Of a stretch of 64,000 nucleotides of DNA, positions 1 to 9,909 are shown in pieces. Position 1 is the first letter of the stretch; every line of letters begins with the position of its first letter. The stretch spans positions 448,001 through 512,000 of the forward strand of contig CAWCDG010000002.1 in assembly GCA_963794325.1 (NCBI GenBank). The letters are read 5' to 3'. The stretch comes from an uncultured delta proteobacterium (GTDB lineage: Bacteria; Desulfobacterota; Binatia; Binatales; Binataceae). The position numbers and the translations under genes are program-made. The notes below the pieces were generated by a model. The model made no database searches, was not told the DNA's origin, and worked only from the letters and a program-made list of their open reading frames with translations.

Positions 1-2446
1 CGTCATGCACTTGCAGTATCATTCGAGCGCCGAGGCCGCGTTCCTTGAGCACCCGGTCCAGTCGTATCATAGCGAGTTTTATCAGGTCTGCCGCAGTGCC
101 CTGGATCGGGGTGTTGATAGCTATTCGCTCTGCTTGCGCCCTCGCGCCGCCCGGCTGCGAGTTGAGCTCGGGCAGATAACGCCGACGCCCGTACATTGTG
201 GTTACGTATCCGGTGGTCCGCGCGATTCGAACGGTGTCGTCCAGCCATGCGCGCACGCCCGGCAGCCGCTCGAAGTAGCGCTTGATGTAGTCCGAGGCTT
301 CCGACAGCGCAATCCCGAGCTCGCCCGCCAGCCGCTGCGCACCCATCCCGTAGATAATCCCGAAGTTTATCACCTTCGCCAGCCGCCGCGCCTCGGCGTT
401 GACCTTGTCCGGCGTGACTCCGAGCACCTCGGTTGCAGTGCGGATGTGGATGTCCTCGCCGGTCGTGAACGCCTCGACCAGAGTTTTGTCTCCCGACAGA
501 TGAGCCATCACGCGCAGATCGATTTGCGAATAATCGGCCGACACGAACACGCACCCCGGCTTCGGCACGAATGCCCGGCGAATCCGGCGCCCCTCAACGC
601 TGCGAGTCGGGATATTCTGCAGATTCGGATCGCTCGAGCTGACCCGTCCCGTAGGCACCAGCGCCTGATGCCACGTTGTATGGATTCGGCCGGTGCCCGA
701 TCGGATCACCTCCGACAGCGCGTCGGCGTACGTCGATTTCAATTTCGAAACGGTGCGGTACTCGATCAGCTTGCGCGGCATCGGATGCACCGCAGCGAGC
801 TTTTCGAGCGTGTCGGCGTCGGTGGAAAATCCACTCTTGGTTTTTTTCAGTCCCTTGGCCGACAGCTTCAGATGAGTAAACAGAACCTCGCGCAACTGGA
901 TGGGCGAGTTGAGATTGAACTCGCGGCCCGCCAGCTCGTAGCATTCGCGCTCCAGCCGGCTCATCTCTTCGGCGAATTCCTTCGAGATGATCTTGAGCGC
1001 GTCGCCGTCGATTCCGATTCCGGCGGTTTCCATCTCGGCCAGTATCGGCGCGATCGGCATCTCGATTTCGTTGTACATCGAGGTGAGCCCGTCGCCTTCC
1101 AGACGCTCCGTAAGCGCTTCGCGAAGATTTCTGATGAGTGCCGCGTTGGTGCCCGGCGGGCTGCTGGCGCCCAGCGGAGCCAAATATTCGTGATAAAGAT
1201 GGGTCAGCGACGGCTCGCCCTGTCCTGAATTGATCAGAAAGCCCGCGAGCATCGTGTCGAAATCGACGCCCTTGAGCGCGATTCTATGCCGCGCGAACGC
1301 CTCGATTTGATTCTTCAGATCGTGACACGACTTGAGCGGATGCTCGGCGCTCAGCAGAGATGCCGCGCTTGCGATTTCATCCTGTTCGACAACGATCGTC
1401 GTATCGGCGCCACCAATCTGCAACGTGTCCTGCCCTGTTTCAGATTCGGTGAGATCGACTGCAATCCGAGGCGCAGCAGCGAGCACCTTGAGCGCATCCG
1501 TCAGATCTTTTCCGCGGACCGCTGCCGCGGGCTTCGCCGTCGACTCCAGACCCGGCAGGTCCGCCTGCGACGGCGATATCTCGCGGATAATCGAATTGAA
1601 CTCCAGCTCGCGCATGAGCTCCGCGCCCAGCTTCTCGTCGACGCCATGCCATGCGAACTCGTCGGGCTCTATTTTGAGCGGCATGTCGGTCTCGATGCGG
1701 ACCAACTTCCGCGCGAGGTCCACCGCCGCACGATGCTCCGCGAGCAGCCCCGCGACTTTTTTCGCGCCGCGAATCCCCGACTCTTCAATGCGATCGAGGT
1801 TTTCGTAGAGTTGCTTGATCCCGCCGAATTTCTGAATCAGCGCCGCCGCCGTCTTCTCGCCGACTCCCGGCACGCCCTTGATATTGTCGATAGTGTCGCC
1901 CGTGAGCGCCTGAATCTCGATCAGCGCCGACGGCTCGACGCCGAAGCGCTCGCGCACCTCGCGCGTCCCGATTCGCCGGTCGCGCATCGTGTCCCACAAC
2001 GTCACGTGCGGCCCGACCAACTGCATGAAATCCTTGTCGGCCGTGATCAGTGTGACGACAAAATCCTCTTTCGCCGCGCGCTTGGCCAGCGTGCCGATCA
2101 CGTCGTCAGCCTCGAAGCCTTCGATCATCAGCGACTTGATTCGAAACGCCTCGACCGCGCGATGGATATACGGAATCTGCACGATCAGGTCGTTGGGCGC
2201 CTCGCTGCGGTTCGCCTTGTAGTCGGCGAACAGGTCGTCGCGAAAAGTTCTCTTGGGCGAGTCGAACACGATCGCGATATGCGACGGACGCGCGTCCTTG
2301 AGCAGCTTCAACAGCATCCGGATAAAGCCGAAGACCGCCTGGGTCGGCAGCCCGCGCGAGGTATTCATCGGCGGCAACGCATGAAACGCGCGAAAGATGT
2401 ACCCGGAGCCATCGACCAGAATCAGTTGTTTCCGTTCCGCAGCCAT
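1..2446 (-). CDS. polA: DNA polymerase I (3' end runs off the window)
   Basis: Manual translation from ATG 2446: MAAERKQLILVDGSGYIFRAFHA (5'-3' exonuclease start), TGRVSSSDPNLQNIP, and MILQVHD (motif C) at the window edge. Not in the ORF track because no stop lies inside the window. Confidence 0.97.
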   Translation of the reverse strand, partial: MAAERKQLILVDGSGYIFRAFHALPPMNTSRGLPTQAVFGFIRMLLKLLKDARPSHIAIVFDSPKRTFRDDLFADYKANRSEAPNDLIVQIPYIHRAVEAFRIKSLMIEGFEADDVIGTLAKRAAKEDFVVTLITADKDFMQLVGPHVTLWDTMRDRRIGTREVRERFGVEPSALIEIQALTGDTIDNIKGVPGVGEKTAAALIQKFGGIKQLYENLDRIEESGIRGAKKVAGLLAEHRAAVDLARKLVRIETDMPLKIEPDEFAWHGVDEKLGAELMRELEFNSIIREISPSQADLPGLESTAKPAAAVRGKDLTDALKVLAAAPRIAVDLTESETGQDTLQIGGADTTIVVEQDEIASAASLLSAEHPLKSCHDLKNQIEAFARHRIALKGVDFDTMLAGFLINSGQGEPSLTHLYHEYLAPLGASSPPGTNAALIRNLREALTERLEGDGLTSMYNEIEMPIAPILAEMETAGIGIDGDALKIISKEFAEEMSRLERECYELAGREFNLNSPIQLREVLFTHLKLSAKGLKKTKSGFSTDADTLEKLAAVHPMPRKLIEYRTVSKLKSTYADALSEVIRSGTGRIHTTWHQALVPTGRVSSSDPNLQNIPTRSVEGRRIRRAFVPKPGCVFVSADYSQIDLRVMAHLSGDKTLVEAFTTGEDIHIRTATEVLGVTPDKVNAEARRLAKVINFGIIYGMGAQRLAGELGIALSEASDYIKRYFERLPGVRAWLDDTVRIARTTGYVTTMYGRRRYLPELNSQPGGARAQAERIAINTPIQGTAADLIKLAMIRLDRVLKERGLGARMILQVHD

Positions 2447-2592
2447 CAGTCGAAACTATCCGATACGGTTCTGAAAACAAAAGCATCGTCAAAAGTAAAT
2501 CGCTTGGGTCATTAGCTCTCCCCACAATTTCAGGGATTCAAGAATGCAGAGAGAGTCGATGTTGGTGCTGAAGCGAAACGCGCTGGGCGCGC

Positions 2593-2680
2593 GAGATCCT
2601 TCGCTGCGCTCAGGATGACACCAAAAAGCAAATGCCCACACGCGTCATTCTGAGCGAAAGCTGCTGTAGCGAAGAATCTC
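2593..2680. repeat. REP-like inverted pair, family D (GATCCTTCGCTGCGCTCAGGATGACA / GTCATTCTGAGCG...CGAAGAATCTC)
   Basis: Two imperfect inverted copies at 2593-2620 and 2644-2680; related copy at 33812-33840. Confidence 0.7.
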
Positions 2681-2774
2681 GGCGGACGCTCCGGCGTCCG
2701 GCGTCAGCTATGCGCGAATCTGCGGAACTCCTGCCAGCTAAAGAGATGCCGATTCGCGGGCAACTGAAAGCCAC

Positions 2775-2951
2775 TTATCGCTTGGCGATTCTCACGATTC
2801 GGTCCAGTCGGGTTTTCGTGGCTAACTTTATTTCAGGAAGAGTGCCGAAAAAGCTGCGACTCTCAGATATGATTCCATCGCGCTTCAGGTTTCGAACGCT
2901 CGCCTTGGTATTTCTGACCCCAGAGCGCTTGCTGTTGGTGCGATTTTTCAT
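2775..2951 (-). CDS. possible small basic hypothetical protein (58 aa)
   Basis: ATG-started K/R-rich ORF in the polA-ABC intergenic gap; no recognisable motif. Confidence 0.25.
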   Translation of the reverse strand: MKNRTNSKRSGVRNTKASVRNLKRDGIISESRSFFGTLPEIKLATKTRLDRIVRIAKR

Positions 2952-3147
2952 GCGCGACTCTACCGCTGAGATTAACACACCCCTTTCGGACCGGCCAACC
3001 GAACCCTTGAGCATCGAGCAACTGTATTGACAGTTTGGGCTGGCGTGTTTAATTAGTCGGTTGCCTTGTGGTGGATCGAATTGTCGTGCCACTCTGTTCG
3101 TCAATTGATTGGAACCATCGCGATGGCTCTGGAATTGGACGACCTGA

Positions 3148-3915
3148 ATGATTGAGGTTAAAAACCTAACTAAAGCCTACGGCAACTTTGTCGCGGTTAA
3201 AGACGTATCGTTCAAAGCCGAGAGCGGTTCTATCCTCGGCTTCCTCGGCCCCAACGGCGCTGGCAAGACCACGACGATGCGAATCATCACCGGCTACATG
3301 CCTGCGACTGCGGGCACCGTGGTGATTGACGGACTCGATATTTTCTCGCAGTCGCTCGAGGCACGCCGCAAAATCGGCTACCTGCCCGAGAATCCGCCGC
3401 TGTATCCTGACATGCGGGTCGAGGCTTATCTGCGATTCGTCGCGAAACTGCGCGATGTTCCGCGCGCAAAGATTGACCAGGCGCTCGATCACGTTCTCGA
3501 CGTTTGCGGACTGACCGACATGGCGCATCGGATATGTGGCCAACTCTCGAAAGGCTATCGACAGCGCGTCGGGCTGGCCCAGGCGCTGATTCACGATCCG
3601 CCCGTGCTGGTCCTCGACGAGCCGACCATCGGTCTCGACCCGCGTCAGATTCACGAAATCCGCGGACTGATTCACAATCTATCGGGCAATCGGACGGTCG
3701 TGCTCTCGACCCACATCCTGCCCGAGGTCTCGCAGATCTGCGACAAGGTCGTCATCATTGCCGACGGCCGCGTCGTGCTCGAGGAATATCTGAAGAAGCT
3801 GCCCGCCGGGACTTCGCTCGAAGATATTTTCCTGACCGCGATTACCAAGGAGCATCACGAGGACGGCGCCACGGCCGAGGAAAAGCTGGAGGAGGTCGGA
3901 GCGGGGCATACCTAG
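3148..3915 (+). CDS. ABC transporter ATP-binding protein (GldA-like)
   Basis: Walker A GPNGAGKT, signature LSKGYRQR, Walker B VLVLDEP. Confidence 0.95.
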   Translation: MIEVKNLTKAYGNFVAVKDVSFKAESGSILGFLGPNGAGKTTTMRIITGYMPATAGTVVIDGLDIFSQSLEARRKIGYLPENPPLYPDMRVEAYLRFVAKLRDVPRAKIDQALDHVLDVCGLTDMAHRICGQLSKGYRQRVGLAQALIHDPPVLVLDEPTIGLDPRQIHEIRGLIHNLSGNRTVVLSTHILPEVSQICDKVVIIADGRVVLEEYLKKLPAGTSLEDIFLTAITKEHHEDGATAEEKLEEVGAGHT

Positions 3916-3933
3916 ACCACCCGTGTCGCTCGA

Positions 3934-4707
3934 ATGAAAAATTCTTTGACAATCGCGGGCAAGGAGCTCGCGGGATATTTCCTGCAGCCGGTCGCCTACG
4001 TCGTGATGACGGTGTTCCTACTGCTGGGCGGCTTCTTTTTCTTCGCGCTGCTGCGCTACTTCGAAGTGACGCTGACGGCATACGCCGCGATGCAAAATCC
4101 TGAAGTGCTGCAGAAATTGAATCTCAACGAGCGTGTCATCGAGCCGATGCTACACAATCTCGCGATCGTGCTCGTCATCCTGGTCCCGGCGATCACGATG
4201 CGCAGTTTTGCCGAGGAGAAGCGCACCGGCACTTACGAGCTTCTGCTCACCGCGCCTATTCGCACCGGCGAGATTGTCGCGGGAAAATTTATCGCGGCCG
4301 CCGCGTTCATGCTGATCATGATTGGGCTCGCCGGGATGTTCCCGCTGATCCTGATCGCGTTCGGCAATCCGGAAATTGGCGTGATGTTCGCGGGCTATCT
4401 CGGGCTGGCGTTCCTCGCGATCTCGTTCGTGTCGATCGGACTGTTCACCAGTTCGCTGACCCAGAATCAGATCATCGCGGCGATCAGTTGTTTCGGCCTG
4501 CTTCTGTTGCTGTTCGTGATTTCATGGCCGGCGCAGGCGGGCGGATCCTCGTTCTCCGATTTGCTGCGCTACCTGTCCCTGCCGGACCATTTCGCGCAGA
4601 TGGTCACCGGCATCATCGACACGCGCGACATCGTGTATTTCCTGAGTCTCATCTTCGTGGCGCTGTTCTTGACCCAACGTTCGGTCGAGTCCGCGCGCTG
4701 GCGGTAG
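3934..4707 (+). CDS. ABC-2 type permease (GldF-like)
   Basis: About 6 TM helices; TMRSFAEEKRTGTYELLLTAP motif. Confidence 0.92.
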   Translation: MKNSLTIAGKELAGYFLQPVAYVVMTVFLLLGGFFFFALLRYFEVTLTAYAAMQNPEVLQKLNLNERVIEPMLHNLAIVLVILVPAITMRSFAEEKRTGTYELLLTAPIRTGEIVAGKFIAAAAFMLIMIGLAGMFPLILIAFGNPEIGVMFAGYLGLAFLAISFVSIGLFTSSLTQNQIIAAISCFGLLLLLFVISWPAQAGGSSFSDLLRYLSLPDHFAQMVTGIIDTRDIVYFLSLIFVALFLTQRSVESARWR

Positions 4708-4720
4708 GGGATAGGGGCGG

Positions 4721-6283
4721 ATGCGACGATCGGCGGCGTTGTACGGAATTCTCGGCCTGGTTCTGCTCACGTTCGGGCTGGTTGACTATTTTATTTCGAG
4801 CGGCTTTCGGCTGTTTGTATGGGTCAACCTGGCCGGCGGCGTCTTCGCGCTCGTTCTGTGGATTACGTCGAGCCGTACAGAGCTGGCCTCGATCACCACC
4901 GGACGCTCGGCCCGCTACGGCGCCAACGCCGCCATCTACTCGATTGCGTTCATTGGGTTGCTGATCGCGATTAACTACATTTCGTCGCTCCATCACACCC
5001 GGCTCGATCTCACGAGCGAGAAGGTTTACAGCCTGTCGAGCCAATCGATAAACGTGGTCAAGGGTCTGAAGAAGCCGCTCAAGTTGTACGGCTTCTTCCA
5101 GGGCGGCGAGAATCCGGCCGCGCGCGAACTCTACGAGACCTTCGCGTACTACTCGCCCAAGCTCACTTACGAGCTGGTCGATCCCGACAAGCATCCCGAG
5201 CTCGCCGAGCTTTTCAAAGTGTCGGTAATGGGCACCACGCATCTGCAGTACGGCGGCGACAAAGGCGAGGGCATCAACGTCACCGAGCTCAACGAGGAAG
5301 CGCTGACCAACGCGATCATTCGCGCAACCAAGAGCACCAAGAAGGTGATCGAGTTCCTCGACGGCCACGGTGAGGCCGATATCGACGATGCGGAAGGCCA
5401 GGACGGATACGGCACCATCAAGAAAGCTCTGGAGGGCGAGGGCTACGAGGTTCGCAAGCTCGAGCTCGCGCAACTTGCCAAGGTGCCCGATGACGCGAAC
5501 CTGGTCGTAGTCGCGGGACCGATCAAACCGCTCGGCCAGCACGAGATCGATGCGCTGAACGACTACCTGAAGCATGGCGGGCGCGTGATTGCGATGTACC
5601 GGCCGCAGCGCCCCGATAATCCGATCGACGAAAACGCGATGGTGAAGCTGGCCAGCGATTGGGGCGTCAAGGTCGGCAACGATATCGTCGTGGATCAAGT
5701 GGTGCGCCTGTTCGAAGGTCCCGCGCTCGGCCTCAATCCTTTCGTGCAGAATTACGGCGCGCATCCGATTACCAAGGATTTCAAGCAGCGCACCATGTTT
5801 CCGATGACGCGATCGCTCGCCGCCGAACCCAATCTGAAACCGGGACTTACGGTCACGCCGATCGCGAACACCAGCGATACCTCGTGGGCGGAGGTTGATC
5901 TCGACACGCTGTTCCGGCAGCAGAAGGCGGAGCTGACCGCCAAGGACACCCGCGGTCCGATCGCGGTGGTGATGGCAGTGGACGGCAACCTCGATCAGCT
6001 TGGCGTGGGCAAGGGCGATGCGCGCGTCGTGGTGTATGGCAGCACCGAGTTCGCCGACAACCAATACGTCACGCAGTTCTTCAACCGCGATTTTTTCATC
6101 AACAGCGCCGACTGGCTGACCGGCGAGGAAAACTCGATCTCGATCAGGCCTAAATCGATTCGAGCGTCGCGCTTCCGCCTGACCGAGGGACAGTTCTCGA
6201 TCGTGTTCGCATTCGCGGTGTTGCTGCTGCCCGAGCTGCTGCTGATTGCCGGGATCGTCGTGTGGTGGGAACGGCGTAATTGA
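4721..6283 (+). CDS. GldG family ABC-associated periplasmic component
   Basis: RLDLTSEKVYSLS, VDPDKHP and FLDGHGE motifs; N- and C-terminal TM helices; follows GldA/F-like genes. Confidence 0.9.
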   Translation: MRRSAALYGILGLVLLTFGLVDYFISSGFRLFVWVNLAGGVFALVLWITSSRTELASITTGRSARYGANAAIYSIAFIGLLIAINYISSLHHTRLDLTSEKVYSLSSQSINVVKGLKKPLKLYGFFQGGENPAARELYETFAYYSPKLTYELVDPDKHPELAELFKVSVMGTTHLQYGGDKGEGINVTELNEEALTNAIIRATKSTKKVIEFLDGHGEADIDDAEGQDGYGTIKKALEGEGYEVRKLELAQLAKVPDDANLVVVAGPIKPLGQHEIDALNDYLKHGGRVIAMYRPQRPDNPIDENAMVKLASDWGVKVGNDIVVDQVVRLFEGPALGLNPFVQNYGAHPITKDFKQRTMFPMTRSLAAEPNLKPGLTVTPIANTSDTSWAEVDLDTLFRQQKAELTAKDTRGPIAVVMAVDGNLDQLGVGKGDARVVVYGSTEFADNQYVTQFFNRDFFINSADWLTGEENSISIRPKSIRASRFRLTEGQFSIVFAFAVLLLPELLLIAGIVVWWERRN

Positions 6284-6312
6284 GGCGTCCCGCGAATCCG
6301 GCCTGATCACCG

Positions 6313-7725
6313 ATGCGCCCGCGCAACACTATTATCGTCCTGGTCCTTTTCGCGATTGTCGGCGGCTACGCCTTTATCGTCTCGCATTATTCGCAGACCG
6401 AGGCGACGCAGAAACTGATCAACGTCAAGCAGGACGATATCGCGAAGATCGAGCTCAAGTACTCTGACCGCGACATCGTGCTCGAGCGCGACAAAGGCAA
6501 GCCATGGCGGCTCGTGAAGCCAATCGGTACGGACGCCGACCAGGCGCAGTCCAACAATCTCGCGCACGCGATTGCCGATGGCGCGCTGGTTCGCACCGTG
6601 GATGACAAGCCGGCCGACCTCGCGCCCTTCGGGCTCAAGCCGCCGACTACCACTGTCACCGTTACCACTTTCGACAAGAAGACGTTGCCGTCGATCGAAG
6701 TCGGCAAGTCGACGCCGATCGGATTCAACACTTACGTCCGGCTCTCCAGCGGTCCGGCGGTGCTGCTGACGGAAGGCGCGTTCTCGGCCGGGATGAACAA
6801 GACGGTCAACGATTTGCGCGTCCGCGACCTGATGGCGTTCCAGATGGACGACGTTCAGAAACTCATCATCGCGCGCGACAATGGACAGACGGTTGAAATC
6901 GATCGCGATGGCGACAACTGGAAGATGGTCAAACCCGCGCCGTCGCCAGCCGACGACACCGCCGTCCGCTTGGCGCTCAGCACGCTGGTCAACGCGAAGG
7001 CGACGGACTTTATCAACGATGCGCCCGCGAACGTCAATCAATACGGCCTGGAAAAACCTCATCTGACGGCAACCGTCGTGCTCAAGAACGGCGAGCAGCA
7101 ATCGATGCTGTTCGGCTTCAAGCAAAAGGAGGAGGGCAAGACCGGGATTTACGTGCGGCGCGGAGAGCGCGCCCCGGTTTACGCGGTGGCCGAGTACGTG
7201 ATGACCAGCCTGGACAAGTCGCCGCTGGATTTCCGCGACAAGACGATTGTGAAGGTCGATCCCGAGTCGGTCGATTCGGTCAAGATCAAAAACTCCGATG
7301 GCGAGTTCACGCTCAAGCGCGCGCCAGTCGGAAAGTGGGACGTGTTAGTTGGCGGTAAGACGACGGAGGGCGATATTCCGGTCGTCGAGCGGCTCTTGAA
7401 TCAGCTCCGTGATCTTAAAGGCGAATCGATCGTCGCCGATCCGATGCCAAGTGCGCAGCCGTTCGGCCTCGACAATCCCGCACTCGAAGTCACGCTGATA
7501 GGCAAAGACGGCAAGCAGTTGGGCGCTATCAAGCTCGCAAAGATCAGCGTCAAGCTAACCGCCCCGCCAATCCCGGGCGAGCCGCCGCAGCGGTCCGAAT
7601 ACTACGCCACCTCAGCCGGGAGCAAAGCGGTGTACTCACTGAGCGATTTCAGCTTCGAGCAACTAAACAAACCCGCGCCTCTGTACATGGCAAAACCCCC
7701 CGAACCGCTCCCGCCGTCGAAGTAG
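6313..7725 (+). CDS. DUF4340 domain-containing protein
   Basis: N-terminal TM anchor; three repeats ending in (F/Y)GLxxP; usual fourth gene of GldAFG-like clusters. Confidence 0.85.
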   Translation: MRPRNTIIVLVLFAIVGGYAFIVSHYSQTEATQKLINVKQDDIAKIELKYSDRDIVLERDKGKPWRLVKPIGTDADQAQSNNLAHAIADGALVRTVDDKPADLAPFGLKPPTTTVTVTTFDKKTLPSIEVGKSTPIGFNTYVRLSSGPAVLLTEGAFSAGMNKTVNDLRVRDLMAFQMDDVQKLIIARDNGQTVEIDRDGDNWKMVKPAPSPADDTAVRLALSTLVNAKATDFINDAPANVNQYGLEKPHLTATVVLKNGEQQSMLFGFKQKEEGKTGIYVRRGERAPVYAVAEYVMTSLDKSPLDFRDKTIVKVDPESVDSVKIKNSDGEFTLKRAPVGKWDVLVGGKTTEGDIPVVERLLNQLRDLKGESIVADPMPSAQPFGLDNPALEVTLIGKDGKQLGAIKLAKISVKLTAPPIPGEPPQRSEYYATSAGSKAVYSLSDFSFEQLNKPAPLYMAKPPEPLPPSK

Positions 7726-7737
7726 CCCTTTCTTTCT

Positions 7738-7775
7738 GGTTCCCCTTCCCACTTGGGAAGGGGTTAGGGGTTAGG
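7738..7775 (+). repeat. REP-like element, family A (GGTTCCCCTTCCC-N4-GGGAAGGGGTTAGGGGTTAGG)
   Basis: Hairpin plus G-rich tail; recurs at 13796, 15565, 21103, 21169 and 23688. Confidence 0.88.
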
Positions 7776-7793
7776 TCGCCCGGATTTGCTGAT

Positions 7794-7805
7794 CGAATGC
7801 ATTCG
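7794..7805. promoter_or_regulatory. putative antitoxin operator palindrome CGAATGCATTCG
   Basis: Perfect 12-bp palindrome about 20 bp upstream of the RHH antitoxin start. Confidence 0.45.
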
Positions 7806-7824
7806 GATGTATTCTTTGTGAATA

Positions 7825-8088
7825 ATGGCCGCTGAAAAGACAACGACAGTGCGTATGGAAAGCCGCACCCTTAAACGCGTCGATAGTCTCGCTAATGCTC
7901 TGAGCCGTTCACGTGCATGGGTGATAAATCAGGCGGTCGAACGCTACCTCGACTACGAAGAATGGTTCGTCGGCGAGGTCAAGCATGCGCTCAAGCAAGT
8001 CGAAGCGGGCGAGGTTCTGGGCCACGGCGAGGTGGTAAAGAGGTTGGAGCGAAAGCGTGCGGCTGGACTGGGCTCGAGACGCCGCTAG
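7825..8088 (+). CDS. CopG/RHH-family antitoxin
   Basis: Ribbon-helix-helix pattern TTTVRM...LANALSRSRAWVINQAVERYL; overlaps the downstream toxin. Confidence 0.88.
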   Translation: MAAEKTTTVRMESRTLKRVDSLANALSRSRAWVINQAVERYLDYEEWFVGEVKHALKQVEAGEVLGHGEVVKRLERKRAAGLGSRRR

Positions 8089-8341
8089 CGACCTCGATTC
8101 GATCGAGGAGTACATTGGGCGCAACAATCCTGAAGCTGCGTTTCGAGCCCTCGCAGAAATCGTTGGACAAGTGGAAATACTGACCCAACACCCGGGTATC
8201 GGACGACCGGGCCGCGTCGATGGCACCCGCGAATTGGTGATCGCGGGACTGCCTTACGTCGTCGCATATCTTCATCGGGACGACACTGTCACTGTGTTGC
8301 GCGTACTTCACGGTGCGATGAAATGGCCTAAGCGGTTCTGA
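8057..8341 (+). CDS. RelE/ParE family type II toxin
   Basis: MRLDW..A..DLDSIEEYI, HPGIGRPGRVDGTRELVI, VLRVLHGA. Confidence 0.92.
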   Translation: MRLDWARDAASDLDSIEEYIGRNNPEAAFRALAEIVGQVEILTQHPGIGRPGRVDGTRELVIAGLPYVVAYLHRDDTVTVLRVLHGAMKWPKRF

Positions 8342-8469
8342 GCAGAGAGTTGGTTCGCGCGACGTCGGAGGCTTGCACTCAAGCGCGATTTCCGTCACTG
8401 CTCGCTTAGTGCAGGATTAGGATTGACGGAGCCGCCAATCTGCTGCGTCGTTACAGGAGGAGGATTCTG

Positions 8470-9180
8470 ATGAAGGCTGTCAGCCGTATCGTTTTGTGTC
8501 TGCTCGCCGTGTTTGTCGCAGCCGGATGCGCTTCGACCAACGTCACCCAGCAAACGCCCTTGAGTAGCCCGGGGCTCCCGCGACCCAATCAGATCTGGGT
8601 GTATAACTTCGTCGCAAATCCCGCTGACATGCCCGCAAACTCCTCGATCGGCGGCCAGGTCGGTGCGCCGAGCACGCCTCCGACGCCCGAGCAAATCCAG
8701 GAGGGCCGTCAGCTCGGCGCCCTCATCGCTCAGGAACTCGTCGCAGACATCAATGCGATGGGACTCTCCGCCATACAGGCCGGGCCGGGATCTTCGCCGC
8801 AAGTTGGCGACGGCGTGATCCGCGGTTATCTCGTATCGGTGCAGAGTGGGAGCGCAGTCCAGCGCTTCGTCATCGGATTCGGCGCTGGAACTTCGGAAAT
8901 GGACACGGTGGTGGAAGGCTATGCGGTCACGCCGCAAGGCTGGCGCAAACTCGGGTCGGGAACGCTTAGCTCCTCCGGGAACAAAACGCCGGGGATGGTC
9001 GTGCCTGCCGCAGTGGCGATTGCCACCGCCAACCCGATCGGCCTGATCGTTGTCGGCGGCGCGAAAATCTACGGCGAAACCAGTGGCAGGAGCGGACTCC
9101 AGGGTCGCGCGAAGGCGACTGCCGATCAAATCGCGGAGCAGCTCAAGTTGAGGTTCCAGGATCGCGGCTGGATCCAGTAA
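8470..9180 (+). CDS. lipoprotein, DUF4410-like
   Basis: Lipobox AAGC, RFVIGFGAG motif, strong AGGAGG RBS. Confidence 0.75.
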   Translation: MKAVSRIVLCLLAVFVAAGCASTNVTQQTPLSSPGLPRPNQIWVYNFVANPADMPANSSIGGQVGAPSTPPTPEQIQEGRQLGALIAQELVADINAMGLSAIQAGPGSSPQVGDGVIRGYLVSVQSGSAVQRFVIGFGAGTSEMDTVVEGYAVTPQGWRKLGSGTLSSSGNKTPGMVVPAAVAIATANPIGLIVVGGAKIYGETSGRSGLQGRAKATADQIAEQLKLRFQDRGWIQ

Positions 9181-9574
9181 CTTCAGATTCGGCGATTACG
9201 TGCGCGATCGCCTGAGCCGCCGTATGCGTGAGGCTCAGGTGAAATCGCGTGATCTGTTTGCGCTGTGCGAAGGCGGCGGCCTTGCCCGACAGCGCGATGG
9301 TCGGTGCTTTGCCGCGCTCGCGCACAACTTCGATTTCGCTCCATCCGACGTTGCGGTTCCATCCCGTGCCCATCGCCTTCATCGTCGCTTCCTTCGCCGC
9401 GAAACGCGCAGCATAGCTCTGGTAGCGGGGAAGCCCGCGCGACTCGCAATACTTGACCTCGCCGATCGTGAACACGCGGGCGCGAAAACGTTCGCCGGTT
9501 GCGGGCCTCGTTAGCGCGCGCTCGATGCGATCGACCTCGATGACGTCGATTCCGGTGCCTGCGATCTGGCTCAT
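9143..9574 (-). CDS. acpS: holo-[acyl-carrier-protein] synthase
   Basis: GTGIDVIEVDRI, AARFAAKEA..KAMGTG, HLSLTH. Confidence 0.95.
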   Translation of the reverse strand: MSQIAGTGIDVIEVDRIERALTRPATGERFRARVFTIGEVKYCESRGLPRYQSYAARFAAKEATMKAMGTGWNRNVGWSEIEVVRERGKAPTIALSGKAAAFAQRKQITRFHLSLTHTAAQAIAHVIAESEVTGSSRDPGTST

Positions 9575-9663
9575 CGCGAATGAGTATTAGCCGCGATGCG
9601 ATCGGATTCAATTGCGCGGGCTCGATGCGGATTCTATTGTTCATTCAGTACTCGGAGGAAGCG

Positions 9664-9894
9664 ATGGCGAAACTTTCGATCACTGTGAACAAGATCCGTT
9701 GCATCGGCAGCGGCGACTGCGTGGAAACGGCGCCGGCCGTGTTTCAACTCGACGCGGATGGCAAGTCCGAAGTCGTCAACCCGACTGGCGCGGGCGATTC
9801 GGTGATCATCTCGGCGGCGCGCTCGTGTCCGGTCAAGGCGATCACGGTCGTGGACGATACCGGCGTGCAGCTCTTCCCGCCGCCGAAAAAGTAG
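9664..9894 (+). CDS. single-cluster ferredoxin (3Fe-4S type)
   Basis: CIGSGDC...AP.VF and distal CP; GGAGG RBS before ATG 9664. Confidence 0.9.
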   Translation: MAKLSITVNKIRCIGSGDCVETAPAVFQLDADGKSEVVNPTGAGDSVIISAARSCPVKAITVVDDTGVQLFPPPKK

Positions 9895-9909
9895 ACGACG
9901 GACCCAAAA

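Noticed and set aside
5-2515. Long + strand ORFs 5..1228 and 1286..2515, and similar antisense ORFs such as 4649..6310, 11158..12723 and 41287..42606
   Set aside because: Shadow ORFs opposite well-supported genes in high-GC DNA; no motifs.
2965-2990. GCTGAGAT...ACCCTT resembling part of a TPP riboswitch
   Set aside because: Lacks the GAACCTGA and GCG-AGGGA elements and is not upstream of a thiamine gene.
3077-3091. TGGCACGACAATTCG on the minus strand as a sigma-54 promoter
   Set aside because: The -12 element is TTCG, not TTGC.
9143-9180. acpS / DUF4410 convergent 3' overlap (and moeA / LapA-like overlap at 58625-58706)
   Set aside because: Short convergent overlaps of unconserved tails are common in compact genomes.
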